This document shows positions 37,074 through 46,514 of a stretch of 64,000 bases of DNA, piece by piece. Below the pieces are notes generated by a model. It did no database searches, was not told the origin of the DNA, and worked only from the letters and a program-made list of their open reading frames with translations. The position numbers and the translations under genes are program-made. Within the stretch, counting starts at the first letter, position 1. Every line of letters begins with the position of its first letter. The stretch is from Acidimicrobiia bacterium. Its GTDB lineage: Bacteria > Actinomycetota > Acidimicrobiia > Acidimicrobiales > SZUA-35. The stretch is from assembly GCA_029863385.1 (NCBI GenBank), contig JAOTVU010000002.1:19-64018 (forward strand), given 5' to 3'.

Positions 37074-38015
37074 ATGGTCCATCGACCGGGAGCCCTGTCG
37101 GGCATTGGAAACACGCCGGTCGTGAAGCTGTCGTCGTTCCCCGGCGACGGTGCGGCCGACGTCTGGGTCAAACTGGAGGCGGCCAACCCCACCGGCTCCT
37201 ACAAGGACCGCATGGCGCTGGCCATGATCGAGGGGGCCGAGGCCCGAGGCGACCTGTCGCCGGGGCAGACCGTCGTCGAGTACACGGGCGGTTCCACCGG
37301 CACGTCGTTGGCCTTCGTCTGTGCGATCAAGGGCTACCCGCTGCGGATCGTGTCGTCCAACGTCTTCGCCGAGGAGAAGCTCAAGTCGATGCTGGCTTTC
37401 GGGGCCGAGCTGGAGATCGTCCACAGCGACCACGGAATCCATCCTCGCCTCGTACCGGAGATGCAGGAGCGGGCGGCGGAGATCGTGACCGAGACCGGAG
37501 GATTCGCCACCGACCAGTTCAACAACCTCGACACCCTCAACGGGTATATGGGTATCGGCACCGAGCTCCTCGAGCAGCTTGACGGCGAAATCCACGGTGC
37601 CGTCGCCTACGTCGGCGTCGGCGGTGCCTACACCGGTCTGACCCGTCCGATCCGCGACCGATGGCCGAACGTCGTGCGGACCGTTGTCGAGCCGGCCGAG
37701 TCGGCGGTTATCTCCGGACACCCACCCGGAACCCACCGGATCGAGGGCGGCGGTGTCGGGTTCGTGCCCCAGCTGATCACTCCCGACAGCCACGACCGGG
37801 TCGAGACCGTCAGCACGGACGAGGCGTTCGCCACCGCCCGTACGGTGGCCCGCACCGAGGGCGTCTGGACCGGCCCCAGCGGCGGGGCCAGCATCACGGC
37901 CGCCGTCCGACTGGCCCGGGAGCTGGGGCCCGGCCACCAGGTGGTCACCCTCCAACCCGACTCGGGCCTCAAATACCTGAGCGGCGATCTCTATGCGCAG
38001 GAGGTCCGCCAGTAG
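37074..38015 (+). CDS. cysteine synthase / PLP-dependent beta-substituting enzyme family protein
   Basis: GNTPVVKL...NPTGSYKDRMA (PLP Lys)...TGGSTGTSLA...GVGGAYTG. Confidence 0.8.
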   Translation: MVHRPGALSGIGNTPVVKLSSFPGDGAADVWVKLEAANPTGSYKDRMALAMIEGAEARGDLSPGQTVVEYTGGSTGTSLAFVCAIKGYPLRIVSSNVFAEEKLKSMLAFGAELEIVHSDHGIHPRLVPEMQERAAEIVTETGGFATDQFNNLDTLNGYMGIGTELLEQLDGEIHGAVAYVGVGGAYTGLTRPIRDRWPNVVRTVVEPAESAVISGHPPGTHRIEGGGVGFVPQLITPDSHDRVETVSTDEAFATARTVARTEGVWTGPSGGASITAAVRLARELGPGHQVVTLQPDSGLKYLSGDLYAQEVRQ

Positions 38016-38111
38016 GCTGACCTCCTCCGATCACATGGCTCTTCGGCAGGCGGTTTCCGCCCGGCCTCGATCGCAAGAACCTTGACCCGACAACTACCGG
38101 AGGCAGCGCCC

Positions 38112-39077
38112 ATGACCCGACTCGGCTACCAGATCCCCAACTTCACCTATCCCGACACGGCCAACGCCGATTTGTTCGGTGCCATCGTGGCCCAGGCCAA
38201 GGAGGCGGAGGAGGCCGGGTTCGACAGGGTCCTCGTCATGGACCACTTCTACCAGCTGCCCGGTATCGGCGCGCCCGACGAACCGATGTTGGAGTGCTAC
38301 ACGCTGCTCTCCGCGCTGGCCCAACACACCTCGTCGGTTCGCCTCTCAGCCCTGGTCACGGGCAACACCTACCGCAACCCGACGCTGCTGGCCAAGGAGA
38401 TCACCGCCCTCGACCACGTGTCCGGCGGACGGGCGACGCTTGGCATCGGGGCCGGCTGGTTCGAGCTGGAGCACCAGTCGCTCGGCTACGAGTTCGGCAC
38501 GTTCACCGACCGGTTCGAGAAGTTGGAGGAGGCGCTGCAGATCATCATCCCGATGCTTCGGGGTGAGAAGGTGTCACTCGACGGCAAGCACTACCAGGTG
38601 ACCGACGCCGTCAACTCCCCACCCCCCATCTCCCGGGTCCCGGTCATGATCGGTGGCAGCGGTGAGAAGAAGACCTTGCGCATGGTGGCCCAGTACGCCG
38701 ACGAGTCGAACCTGGTGAGCGTCGGACCCGACGACATCGGCCGCAAGTTCGACGCCCTCGCCGCCCACTGCGAGCGACTCGGACGCGATCGTTCGGAGAT
38801 CGCCGTCACCGCGATGACCATGTGCAATGTGGCCCCGACGATGGAGGAGGCCGACGCCGACCTGCGGGCGATGGCCGCCGTCAAGGGTTGGAACGACGAG
38901 GTCATCGACATGGTCAAGAGCGTGCTCATTCACGGTGATCCGGACACCGTCGGCGAGCGGTTGGAGGCCTTCATGGCCACCGGGCTCGACGGCCTCACCC
39001 TCAACGCGCCGGGCAACGGCCACATTCCGGGCCGGGTCGCCCTGTTGGGTGAGGTGGCCAACCGGGTCATTGGCTGA
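38112..39077 (+). CDS. LLM-class (luciferase-like) F420-dependent oxidoreductase
   Basis: ATG 38112 lies 8 nt after GGAGG. MTRLGYQIPNFTYP...DHFYQ...LGIGAGW...GGSGEKKTLRMVAQYAD is typical of TIGR03560-type LLMs. Confidence 0.8.
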   Translation: MTRLGYQIPNFTYPDTANADLFGAIVAQAKEAEEAGFDRVLVMDHFYQLPGIGAPDEPMLECYTLLSALAQHTSSVRLSALVTGNTYRNPTLLAKEITALDHVSGGRATLGIGAGWFELEHQSLGYEFGTFTDRFEKLEEALQIIIPMLRGEKVSLDGKHYQVTDAVNSPPPISRVPVMIGGSGEKKTLRMVAQYADESNLVSVGPDDIGRKFDALAAHCERLGRDRSEIAVTAMTMCNVAPTMEEADADLRAMAAVKGWNDEVIDMVKSVLIHGDPDTVGERLEAFMATGLDGLTLNAPGNGHIPGRVALLGEVANRVIG

Positions 39078-39102
39078 CCCGATCGGTCGACGGGGATCAC
39101 GT

Positions 39103-39633
39103 ATGGGCTTGGTTCGATGCCGACGTTCGATGCTCGTGGCGACGGTGGTCCTCGCCTTGGCGGCCGGCTGCGGTGACGGAGGCGGAGAGGACGGCAGCGG
39201 GTCGGGTACCCGGCATGGCGCCGAGGTGGCCGAGACGAACTGTCCCGACACGACCTGGCAACGGGTCGTGGCCAGTGCGTTCTCGTTCTCGGTGCCGGCG
39301 GACTTCGTCGACCAGGCCCCGCAGGGCGTCGACTCCGAGGTCGGGCAATGGTCCGGCGACAACGGCGTCGAGGTGTTCTACGACTACGGCTGGTATTCCG
39401 GGTCGATTGCCGGCTCACCCGGTGCCGTCGTCGAACCGATCGACTACAGCGGCGTCACCGGCACCCAAACCATCGTGACCGGCGACCCCAACCAGCTGCA
39501 GGTGTTCTTCGACGAGGTCGAAGTCGTCGATGGCCAGCCCAACCTGCTGGCCCTCAACGTCAATTACGAGGCGGCGGCCGACGACGAAATCGCCCGTTGC
39601 ATCGTCGGCTCGATCGACTGGAACCTGGATTGA
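39103..39633 (+). CDS. hypothetical lipoprotein
   Basis: MGLVRCRRSMLVATVVLALAAGCGDGGGEDGSGSG has a signal plus LAAGC lipobox. 176 aa. Confidence 0.6.
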   Translation: MGLVRCRRSMLVATVVLALAAGCGDGGGEDGSGSGTRHGAEVAETNCPDTTWQRVVASAFSFSVPADFVDQAPQGVDSEVGQWSGDNGVEVFYDYGWYSGSIAGSPGAVVEPIDYSGVTGTQTIVTGDPNQLQVFFDEVEVVDGQPNLLALNVNYEAAADDEIARCIVGSIDWNLD

Positions 39634-39652
39634 GGCGGCGGTCGGCAGCACC

Positions 39653-40849
39653 ATGACTCCCGTTCAGCTGGTGGAACTCCCCACCCCCACATATCACACG
39701 GAGCTGCGTGACTTCCTCACCGCCACCGAGCCCGAGCTGTGGCGGTGGTTCGCCGAGTCGAAGCAACTCAGCGCCCGAAGCGACGACGAGGCCGAACTCG
39801 AACTGCTGAAGTCGGCCATTCGGCTCGACGGGGGCGTGCACGATGTGCTGGTGGCCCACGCCACCCTACTGCGGGACGCGTTCGCCATCACCGAACCCGT
39901 GGCCCTCTATCAGGAGCTCGGTTCGAGCGAACGCAACGCCCACGTGTTCCGACTCAACGGGCAGGTCAACGTCGTGTTCGGCGGTGATCTGCTCGAACTG
40001 CTGGAACCGTCGGAGCAGCAGGTGATCCTCGCTCACGAGCTGGCCCACATCGCCTTGTGGCGCCGGTCCGATCGAGATTTCGAAGTGCTCGACCAGATGA
40101 TCCACCGGCTCGCCTCCGATCCGGGAGCCGACGACACCGTGATCGAGACGGCCCGCCGGCTGCGTCTCCACACCGAGGTCTGGGCCGACGCAGCGGCCGT
40201 TGCGGTGCTTGACGATCTCGAGACCTCAGTGGCGGCCATGGTGAAGGTCGGCTCGGGCCTCCGCCACGTCGATCCGGCGGCCTATCTCCGCCAAGCCGAG
40301 GACATCCTCGCCCTCGACTCCCGGGCCACAACCGCCTGGACCCATCCGGAACTCCACATCCGCGTGGCCTGCCTGGCGGCGTGCCAGGTGGCCGGGCAAC
40401 GGCACGCCGTCGAGGGCGTGCTGGCCACCCTGATCAACGGGCCCGACGATCTCGATCGACTCGACCTCCTCGGTCAGCGACGGTTGCGGACGTTGGCGGC
40501 CCGGGTGCTGGCCACGGCCACCGGCTCATCGGCCTCCGACACGGTGACGGACTACCTGGCCCACTATGTGGACCTTGCGGCAGACCGGGCCGATGGGGCC
40601 GAAGAGGGCAAACCGGTCGGCAACGGCGAGCTGGCCGAATTGTCGCCATCGGTGCGGTGGTTTGCGGCGTCGCTGCTCGTCGACCTTGCTCTGGTCGACG
40701 ACGAGGTCGATGACCTGGCCGACCTACGGGCCATGTCGGCCGAAGCCGAGCGGCAGGGGGTGGCCGAGGAGTTCGACAAGATCCTGGCCAGAGCCACCGA
40801 GCAGACCCGGTCCGAAGTGGCCGCACTTCGAGCGGACACCACGCCGTGA
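39653..40849 (+). CDS. soluble HExxH/ExxAD (M48-like gluzincin) metalloprotease-like protein
   Basis: ATG 39653. HELAH at 40034..40048 and EVWAD at 40175..40189. No hydrophobic TM segments. The helical, acidic C-terminal half is of unknown type. The stop overlaps the downstream GTG (GTGA, 40846..40849). Confidence 0.6.
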   Translation: MTPVQLVELPTPTYHTELRDFLTATEPELWRWFAESKQLSARSDDEAELELLKSAIRLDGGVHDVLVAHATLLRDAFAITEPVALYQELGSSERNAHVFRLNGQVNVVFGGDLLELLEPSEQQVILAHELAHIALWRRSDRDFEVLDQMIHRLASDPGADDTVIETARRLRLHTEVWADAAAVAVLDDLETSVAAMVKVGSGLRHVDPAAYLRQAEDILALDSRATTAWTHPELHIRVACLAACQVAGQRHAVEGVLATLINGPDDLDRLDLLGQRRLRTLAARVLATATGSSASDTVTDYLAHYVDLAADRADGAEEGKPVGNGELAELSPSVRWFAASLLVDLALVDDEVDDLADLRAMSAEAERQGVAEEFDKILARATEQTRSEVAALRADTTP

Positions 40850-43800
40850 CGTTCGCCCGGCTGCTGAGCGAGGCCACCGCGTCGGGCAGTCTGCCCCGCA
40901 CCGGCGACGTGCTGGCCGTCGGGCTCCCGCTGCTGCGCCAGATCGACCGGCTCCACCGTCAGGGTCTGGTCACCGGGGCGTCCGGGGTGTCTGCCGTCTC
41001 CTACGACGGTCGGGTGGTCAGCGTGACCAGCTCCCAGTCGGCCACCGAGCAGAACAACCGGCGGGCCGTCGACGCGATCGCCGCCCGGGCCGAGCAGGCC
41101 GGCGTGGCTGTCGCCGCCCATCGCCACATCGATCTCGACGCCGGCCCTGACAGCGCCGGTCCGTGGGGATCGGTCCGCAGCGAGGACGTGTTCGATCCCG
41201 GCGATCCGGCGTCGCCGCCCCACCCCGATCGGTCGATGTTCGTCGTCGGCTACCGGGCCTGGGAGCAGTTGCTCGGCCATCACGATCAGCTGACCGACGT
41301 GCACCTCGCCGGTCTCTGGCTGTGCAGCTACGCCTTCGGCCTCGATCTCGCCACGCCCGAGGGGATCGACGAGCTGGCTCTCCATCACCGCCACCCCCGC
41401 CGGCTGAACCCCGATCTGCATCCCGTGGTCCTGAACGTCTTGACCGACATGGTGCAGCCGATCCGGGCCAGGCGCCCGACCGATCTCGCTCATGTGGTCG
41501 CCCGTCTCGAACACCACCGGGATCTGCCCACTGACCTCGACCTCGGTCCTGCCTACGAGCCCCACGTCGACTGGCGACGCCAGGTCCTCACCATCCTGCG
41601 GGACCGGGTGTTCGACACGACCCGCCGCAATCGCCAGCTGTACTTCCGTCCGACCGGGTCCAGCGTGTCGCTCACCGAGGCGTCGGTGCCCCTGATGCTC
41701 AACGTCGACCGGATCAAGGCCGACGATCTGCTGACCTGGACCGATCCGAGCAACCGCCGCCTGCGTAGCGGCAAGTCGGTGGACCTGGCCCGGTGGTGCC
41801 GGTTCGAGGAGACCCCGTATCTGGCCCCGACGCTGAACAAGCTGATATCGGCCGAGCGGAAGGTACGGCTGGAGACCGGCCACAGCCGGCTCCGCCTCAT
41901 CGTCGCCTTCCTGCATTGGCTCGACCCGGAGACCGACGAGACGATCTCCTCGCCCCTGCTTCTGATGCCGGCCGAGCTGACCCGCAGGAAAGGGGTCACG
42001 GTTCGCTACCAGCTCGAGACCGACACCGAAGAGGCCACGGTCAACCCGATCCTGCGCCACGTGTTCAAGAGCCGCTTCGACATAGCGCTGCCGACCACGG
42101 TTGGGGCCGGGCCCGACGAGGTGGCCGGGTTCGTCGCCGATCTGGAGCGCCAGGTGCAGCGGACCGCGCCCGAGGTGTCGATCGAGCTCGTCGACAAACC
42201 CCGCATCGAGCTGCTGCGGCGCCAGGCCCGGTTACGGGTCGACAACTACCGTCGCCGCCGGGCCAAGACGCTGGCGACCTCCGGGCGATGGCGCCGTCAG
42301 GAGCACTCCTACGATCACGACGACTGGCGGCCGCTGGGCCTCGCGCTGTATCAGCGGTTCGTGCAGGCCTCCGAGCTGCCGATGCGGGAACTGGCCGGCG
42401 CCGCGCCCCGTCCTCGACGGCAGTCGGCCGTTGACCACGGGGTCCGGTCGGGTCCTGGTGTCGGGGCCGGGCCTGAACTCGGGCAGCGGACGAGCACCAC
42501 CTACAGCAGCCAGATGGCCGACGTGTCGGCCGAGCGGTGGGAGGTCGACCTCTGTTCGGTGACGCTGGCCATGCTCGGTTCCCGGCGAACCAGCCTGGCC
42601 CGCGACTACGACGAGGTGCTCGGCCGGTCCGCGATCGATACCACCGCGGCGCCGTTCACGGGTCCGTTCGAGGCGCTGTTCAGCCCGCATCGGTCGGCTC
42701 CGGTCGCAGCGTCGGCGGCGCCGACCGAGCCGCTGTCGCTGGCACAACGGATCGTGTTGCCGGCCGACGACGCCCAGGCTCGGGCCATGCAGCGGGCGGT
42801 GCGGGGTGATTCGTTCATCATCCAGGGCCCGCCGGGGACCGGCAAGAGCCAGACCATCACAAATGTGATCGCCGCGCTCGTCGCCGAGGGCAAGCGGGTG
42901 TTGTTCGTCTGCGAGAAGCGGGCGGCGATCGACGTTGTCGCCCAGCGGCTGCGCCAGGTCGGCCTCGGCGAGTTGACGGCCACCATCCACGACTCACAAC
43001 TCGACCGCAAGCAGTTCGTGAAGGAATTGGGCGCCACCTACCACCGGTGGCTGGAGGACGGCGTGGACGTCGATGCGGACGCCGCCGGCAACGGCGACGG
43101 CTCGGTGCGTGCCGATCCCGAGCAGCGGCGGGCCGAAATGCTGGCCGAGGCCGACCGGGTCACCCGACCGCTGGAGGCGATGACGGCCGAGCTCGGTCGC
43201 CCCGTGGACGATCGGATGCCGGTTGGGGAGGCGGTCGAGAGGCTGGCGCTGCTGGCCGCCTCCGACTCCGGGTCCGATGACCGGCCGCCCTCGACCGACG
43301 GGCATTCGGCCGCGGTGATGTCGGTCGAGGGCTTGTCGTCACAGCGGTGGCTCAGGCTCCGTCCGGCTCTCGATCGGGTGGCCGACCTGCTCTCGTCGGC
43401 GGGACCGCTCCGGGCTCTCGGTGAGCATGACCCGCTGCGGATCCGGCCGTCGGTGATCGCCGGCGGCGACGTTATCGCTGCCTGCCGACAGGTCGGGGGT
43501 GAACTCAGGGCGGCTGCTGAGGAGGTGATGGCCTCGCCGGGGTCGGCCATGGTCGGCGACGGGGACATCGGCGGTGCCCTTGCCTCCATGACCCGGGCCG
43601 AGCTCGACACCGTGGCTGATTTCGCCCCGGCGATCCGGGCCGTCCTCTCCGCCGGTTCGACCGCTGTCGCCGCCCTCGATCCTCGGTCACCGGCCCATCT
43701 CGATCTGCGGGCGGCCGCCGGGGAGCTGCAGGATCGCCGAGCCGCGGCCGCGTCGACGGCTGAGGTCCTCGACCGCTGGTCGGCGCCGCTCGGCCCCGCC

Positions 43801-46170
43801 GACACCGCCACCGGTCTGGCGCTGGCCCGGGCGAAGGAGGGATCGCTGTTCGCGTTCCTGAACGGGCGCTGGCGTTCACTGAAGCGGCTGGTGGTCGAGT
43901 CGTACCGGTTCGATCAGCACCAGGTTCCGCCGACGGTCACCGACGTGTTGACCGAGCTTGCCGCCCACCACGAAGCCAACGCCGCCGTGATGGCCGTCGA
44001 ACAGGAGGGGCTGCAACGCTACGGCACGGCCGACATCGCCGAGCTGCGTGACGTCGTCGATCGTCACCACGCCAGTCCGGCCTTCCGGTACTGCCTGGCC
44101 GCCGGCCCGGCGGTCGGCAACGCGCTCCAGCGGTTGTCCCGACTATCGGCCGCGGCGTCGGCCGTGCTCGTGGGGGAGCGGGCGACCACCGCCGATCTGG
44201 CCGCCATCGGTCGGAGCCTCGAGGGCACACCGGTGGCGATCGAGCCCGCTCTGGTCGGCTGGTCGGCCATCGCCGTCGAGCACGAACCCGACCTGACCAT
44301 CGTCCTCGACGCCGACGCATCCCTCGATGGCATCGAGGCCGCCGTCATCCGCCGCGAACTCGACGCCTGGGCCGCCACGATCGACCATGCATCGTTCACC
44401 GGGGCCCGACTCGACGAGGCCGTGGACCGGTTGGCCGGGATCCACCGTGCTCTACTCGACGCGAACGCCGCCGTGGCCCTGTCGAGGGCCCGGCGGACGT
44501 TCCTCGACCACGTCGCCCACTCGGAGGCGTCGATGGCGGGTCGCAGCGACGACGACAAGGCCCGCAAGAAGACCTACAACGCGGGCCGCCGGATCGTCGA
44601 GCGGGAGTACGACAAGAAGATGCGGTTCCGGTCGATCCGCGAGATGTCGAGTGGCGACAGCGGGGTGGTGGTGCGGGATCTGCGGCCGATCTGGCTGATG
44701 AGCCCGTTGTCGGTGTCCGACACCCTGCCGCTCACCGAGGCCCACTTCGATGCGGTGATCTTCGACGAGGCCAGTCAGATCCCGGTGGAGGACGCCGTGC
44801 CGACGGTTTTCCGGGCCCCGCAGGTCATCGTGGTCGGCGACCGGATGCAGATGCCGCCGACCCGGTTCTTCTCGTCAACCGACGACGACGAGTCCGATGT
44901 GATCGTGGACGACGAGGGGTTCCGCCTGTCGATCACCCTCGACGCCGACAGTTTCCTGACCCAGGCCGATCAGGCTCTCGACTCGGCCCTGCTGAACTGG
45001 CACTACCGCTCCCGATCGGAGTCGCTGATCGCCTACAGCAACCACGCTTTCTATCAGGGGCGGCTGGCCACGGTGCCCGACACCGCTCCCGGGTCCGCGG
45101 TTCGGCCGTCGATCATGGTGTCCGGTATCGATGGTCCCGATGGTGGCGTCGGGTTCGGCGTCGCTGAACTGCTCGCCCGCCCGATCTCCCATCACTTCTG
45201 TGAGCACGGCGAGTATCGGGATCGGCGCAACGGGCCGGAGGCCGATTACGTGGCCGAGCTGGTCCGCGGGCTGCTGCGACGAAACGGTGGCGAGCGGGGC
45301 GGGCCCACGATCGGTGTCGTGGCCTTCTCCGAGGCCCAGCAGTCGGCCATCGAGGACTCGCTCGACGAGCTGGCCACCATCGACTCGGATTTCGCCGAAC
45401 GCTACGAGCGGGAGCTGACCCGCACCGACGACGACGAGTTCGTCGGGCTCTTCGTCAAGAACCTCGAGAACGTCCAGGGCGACGAGCGCGACATCATCAT
45501 CATGAGCGTGTGTTACGGGCCGGCCTCCGACGGGCGGATCAAGATGAACTTCGGCCCGATCAACAACGCGGGCGGTGAGCGACGGCTGAACGTGATCTTC
45601 AGCCGGGCAAAGCGGCATATGGCGGTGGTGGCGTCGATGCGAGGGTCCGACGTCACCAACGTGCACAACGAAGGGGCCAATCATCTCGCCGGGTTCCTCC
45701 GCTACGCGGAAGCCGAGAGCGTCGGCGATCAGGCCACGGCCCAGGCCATCCTCGACGCCCAGGTCGCCGACCTCGACGGCGGCGGTCCGGCGGCCGCCCG
45801 ATCGGCATCGCCGGTGGCCGAGCAGGTGGCGGCGGCGTTGCGTCAGCGGGGCTTGTCGGCCGAGATCTCGGTAGGCCGTTCATCCTTCCGCATCGACGTT
45901 GCCGTGTCGGCCGCAGCAGATGGACCGGCCGCCGCCGATGGATCGGCCGGTGCCCCCGACTCGGCCGGCGGTGACGGCTCTGCTGCAACCGATCGCCGGC
46001 TTGGCCTCCTGCTCGAACCGACGCCGGGTTCGTCGGTCCACGCCCGCTTCGTGGCCGAGGCCGGGGTGCTCGATGCGTTCGGTTGGCGCATCCTGCGGGT
46101 CCCGCTGAGTGACTGGTACGCCGACCCGGCCCGGGTCGTCGACCGCATCGCAACCGCCCTCGGCCCGTAA
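40846..46170 (+). CDS. 1774-aa multidomain SF1 helicase: kinase-C-lobe-like N-terminus, DUF4011-type region, AAA_11/AAA_12 (Upf1/DNA2-like) helicase, Vsr/DUF559-like C-terminus
   Basis: Walker A IIQGPPGTGKSQT (~42823), motif II VIFDEASQ (~44761), VVGDRMQMPP, LNWHYRSRSESLIAY, GVVAFSEAQQ, VQGDERDIIIMS, GGERRLNVIFSRAKRHM. DUF4011-like NRQLYFRPTGSSVSL...LRLIVAFLHWLDPE...SPLLLMPAELTRRKG. The C-terminal part (GRSSFRIDVAV...LGLLLEP...GWRILRVPLSDW) resembles restriction-endonuclease/Vsr-like modules. Confidence 0.85.
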   Translation: MTFARLLSEATASGSLPRTGDVLAVGLPLLRQIDRLHRQGLVTGASGVSAVSYDGRVVSVTSSQSATEQNNRRAVDAIAARAEQAGVAVAAHRHIDLDAGPDSAGPWGSVRSEDVFDPGDPASPPHPDRSMFVVGYRAWEQLLGHHDQLTDVHLAGLWLCSYAFGLDLATPEGIDELALHHRHPRRLNPDLHPVVLNVLTDMVQPIRARRPTDLAHVVARLEHHRDLPTDLDLGPAYEPHVDWRRQVLTILRDRVFDTTRRNRQLYFRPTGSSVSLTEASVPLMLNVDRIKADDLLTWTDPSNRRLRSGKSVDLARWCRFEETPYLAPTLNKLISAERKVRLETGHSRLRLIVAFLHWLDPETDETISSPLLLMPAELTRRKGVTVRYQLETDTEEATVNPILRHVFKSRFDIALPTTVGAGPDEVAGFVADLERQVQRTAPEVSIELVDKPRIELLRRQARLRVDNYRRRRAKTLATSGRWRRQEHSYDHDDWRPLGLALYQRFVQASELPMRELAGAAPRPRRQSAVDHGVRSGPGVGAGPELGQRTSTTYSSQMADVSAERWEVDLCSVTLAMLGSRRTSLARDYDEVLGRSAIDTTAAPFTGPFEALFSPHRSAPVAASAAPTEPLSLAQRIVLPADDAQARAMQRAVRGDSFIIQGPPGTGKSQTITNVIAALVAEGKRVLFVCEKRAAIDVVAQRLRQVGLGELTATIHDSQLDRKQFVKELGATYHRWLEDGVDVDADAAGNGDGSVRADPEQRRAEMLAEADRVTRPLEAMTAELGRPVDDRMPVGEAVERLALLAASDSGSDDRPPSTDGHSAAVMSVEGLSSQRWLRLRPALDRVADLLSSAGPLRALGEHDPLRIRPSVIAGGDVIAACRQVGGELRAAAEEVMASPGSAMVGDGDIGGALASMTRAELDTVADFAPAIRAVLSAGSTAVAALDPRSPAHLDLRAAAGELQDRRAAAASTAEVLDRWSAPLGPADTATGLALARAKEGSLFAFLNGRWRSLKRLVVESYRFDQHQVPPTVTDVLTELAAHHEANAAVMAVEQEGLQRYGTADIAELRDVVDRHHASPAFRYCLAAGPAVGNALQRLSRLSAAASAVLVGERATTADLAAIGRSLEGTPVAIEPALVGWSAIAVEHEPDLTIVLDADASLDGIEAAVIRRELDAWAATIDHASFTGARLDEAVDRLAGIHRALLDANAAVALSRARRTFLDHVAHSEASMAGRSDDDKARKKTYNAGRRIVEREYDKKMRFRSIREMSSGDSGVVVRDLRPIWLMSPLSVSDTLPLTEAHFDAVIFDEASQIPVEDAVPTVFRAPQVIVVGDRMQMPPTRFFSSTDDDESDVIVDDEGFRLSITLDADSFLTQADQALDSALLNWHYRSRSESLIAYSNHAFYQGRLATVPDTAPGSAVRPSIMVSGIDGPDGGVGFGVAELLARPISHHFCEHGEYRDRRNGPEADYVAELVRGLLRRNGGERGGPTIGVVAFSEAQQSAIEDSLDELATIDSDFAERYERELTRTDDDEFVGLFVKNLENVQGDERDIIIMSVCYGPASDGRIKMNFGPINNAGGERRLNVIFSRAKRHMAVVASMRGSDVTNVHNEGANHLAGFLRYAEAESVGDQATAQAILDAQVADLDGGGPAAARSASPVAEQVAAALRQRGLSAEISVGRSSFRIDVAVSAAADGPAAADGSAGAPDSAGGDGSAATDRRLGLLLEPTPGSSVHARFVAEAGVLDAFGWRILRVPLSDWYADPARVVDRIATALGP

Positions 46171-46514
46171 TCTCTGGCCAGGACCCCGGAACCTCGGCCG
46201 CAACGTCGTCCCGCCACGCCGAAACAGGGGGGACGAGGGCTCTGACGCACCAAGACACGAGTCGCTGGCTTGCCCGACGCCGCGCCCGTGCTGCGCGCCA
46301 TGAAACGATCAACGTTCGTAGAGGCTCGGTCATGGACATGCTCGGCTTCCCGATGTTGCGCCTTGGTCACCGCTGACCGTCTCGGAACCTGTTCAAGACC
46401 TACCGGGTCGAGCTCCCCGCTCGTCACGTTCTGTCGTTCACGGACGAAGCTGCTACCTGCTGACCAGGGCCGGGGCCAGCCGGCCGATCCAGCAGGCGCG
46501 CCCCGCCCGGTCGG

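Noticed and set aside
41380-41430. HEPN-type Rx4-6H motif (RRLNPDLH) in the helicase N-terminus, which would fit the HEPN-helicase-Vsr (Hhe) architecture.
   Set aside because: It is a single short match without the surrounding helical HEPN context that I can recognise. The flanking sequence aligns better by eye with the end of a kinase C-lobe. A profile search is needed to decide.
46171-46514. 344-bp convergent spacer after the giant helicase gene, slightly lower in GC, considered as an ncRNA, gene remnant, small ORF or att site.
   Set aside because: There is no tRNA-like T-loop or acceptor features. The candidate ORFs on both strands have poor GC3 and implausible peptides. Only a weak 7-bp hairpin is present (around 46205..46245). 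Nothing there is specific enough to call.
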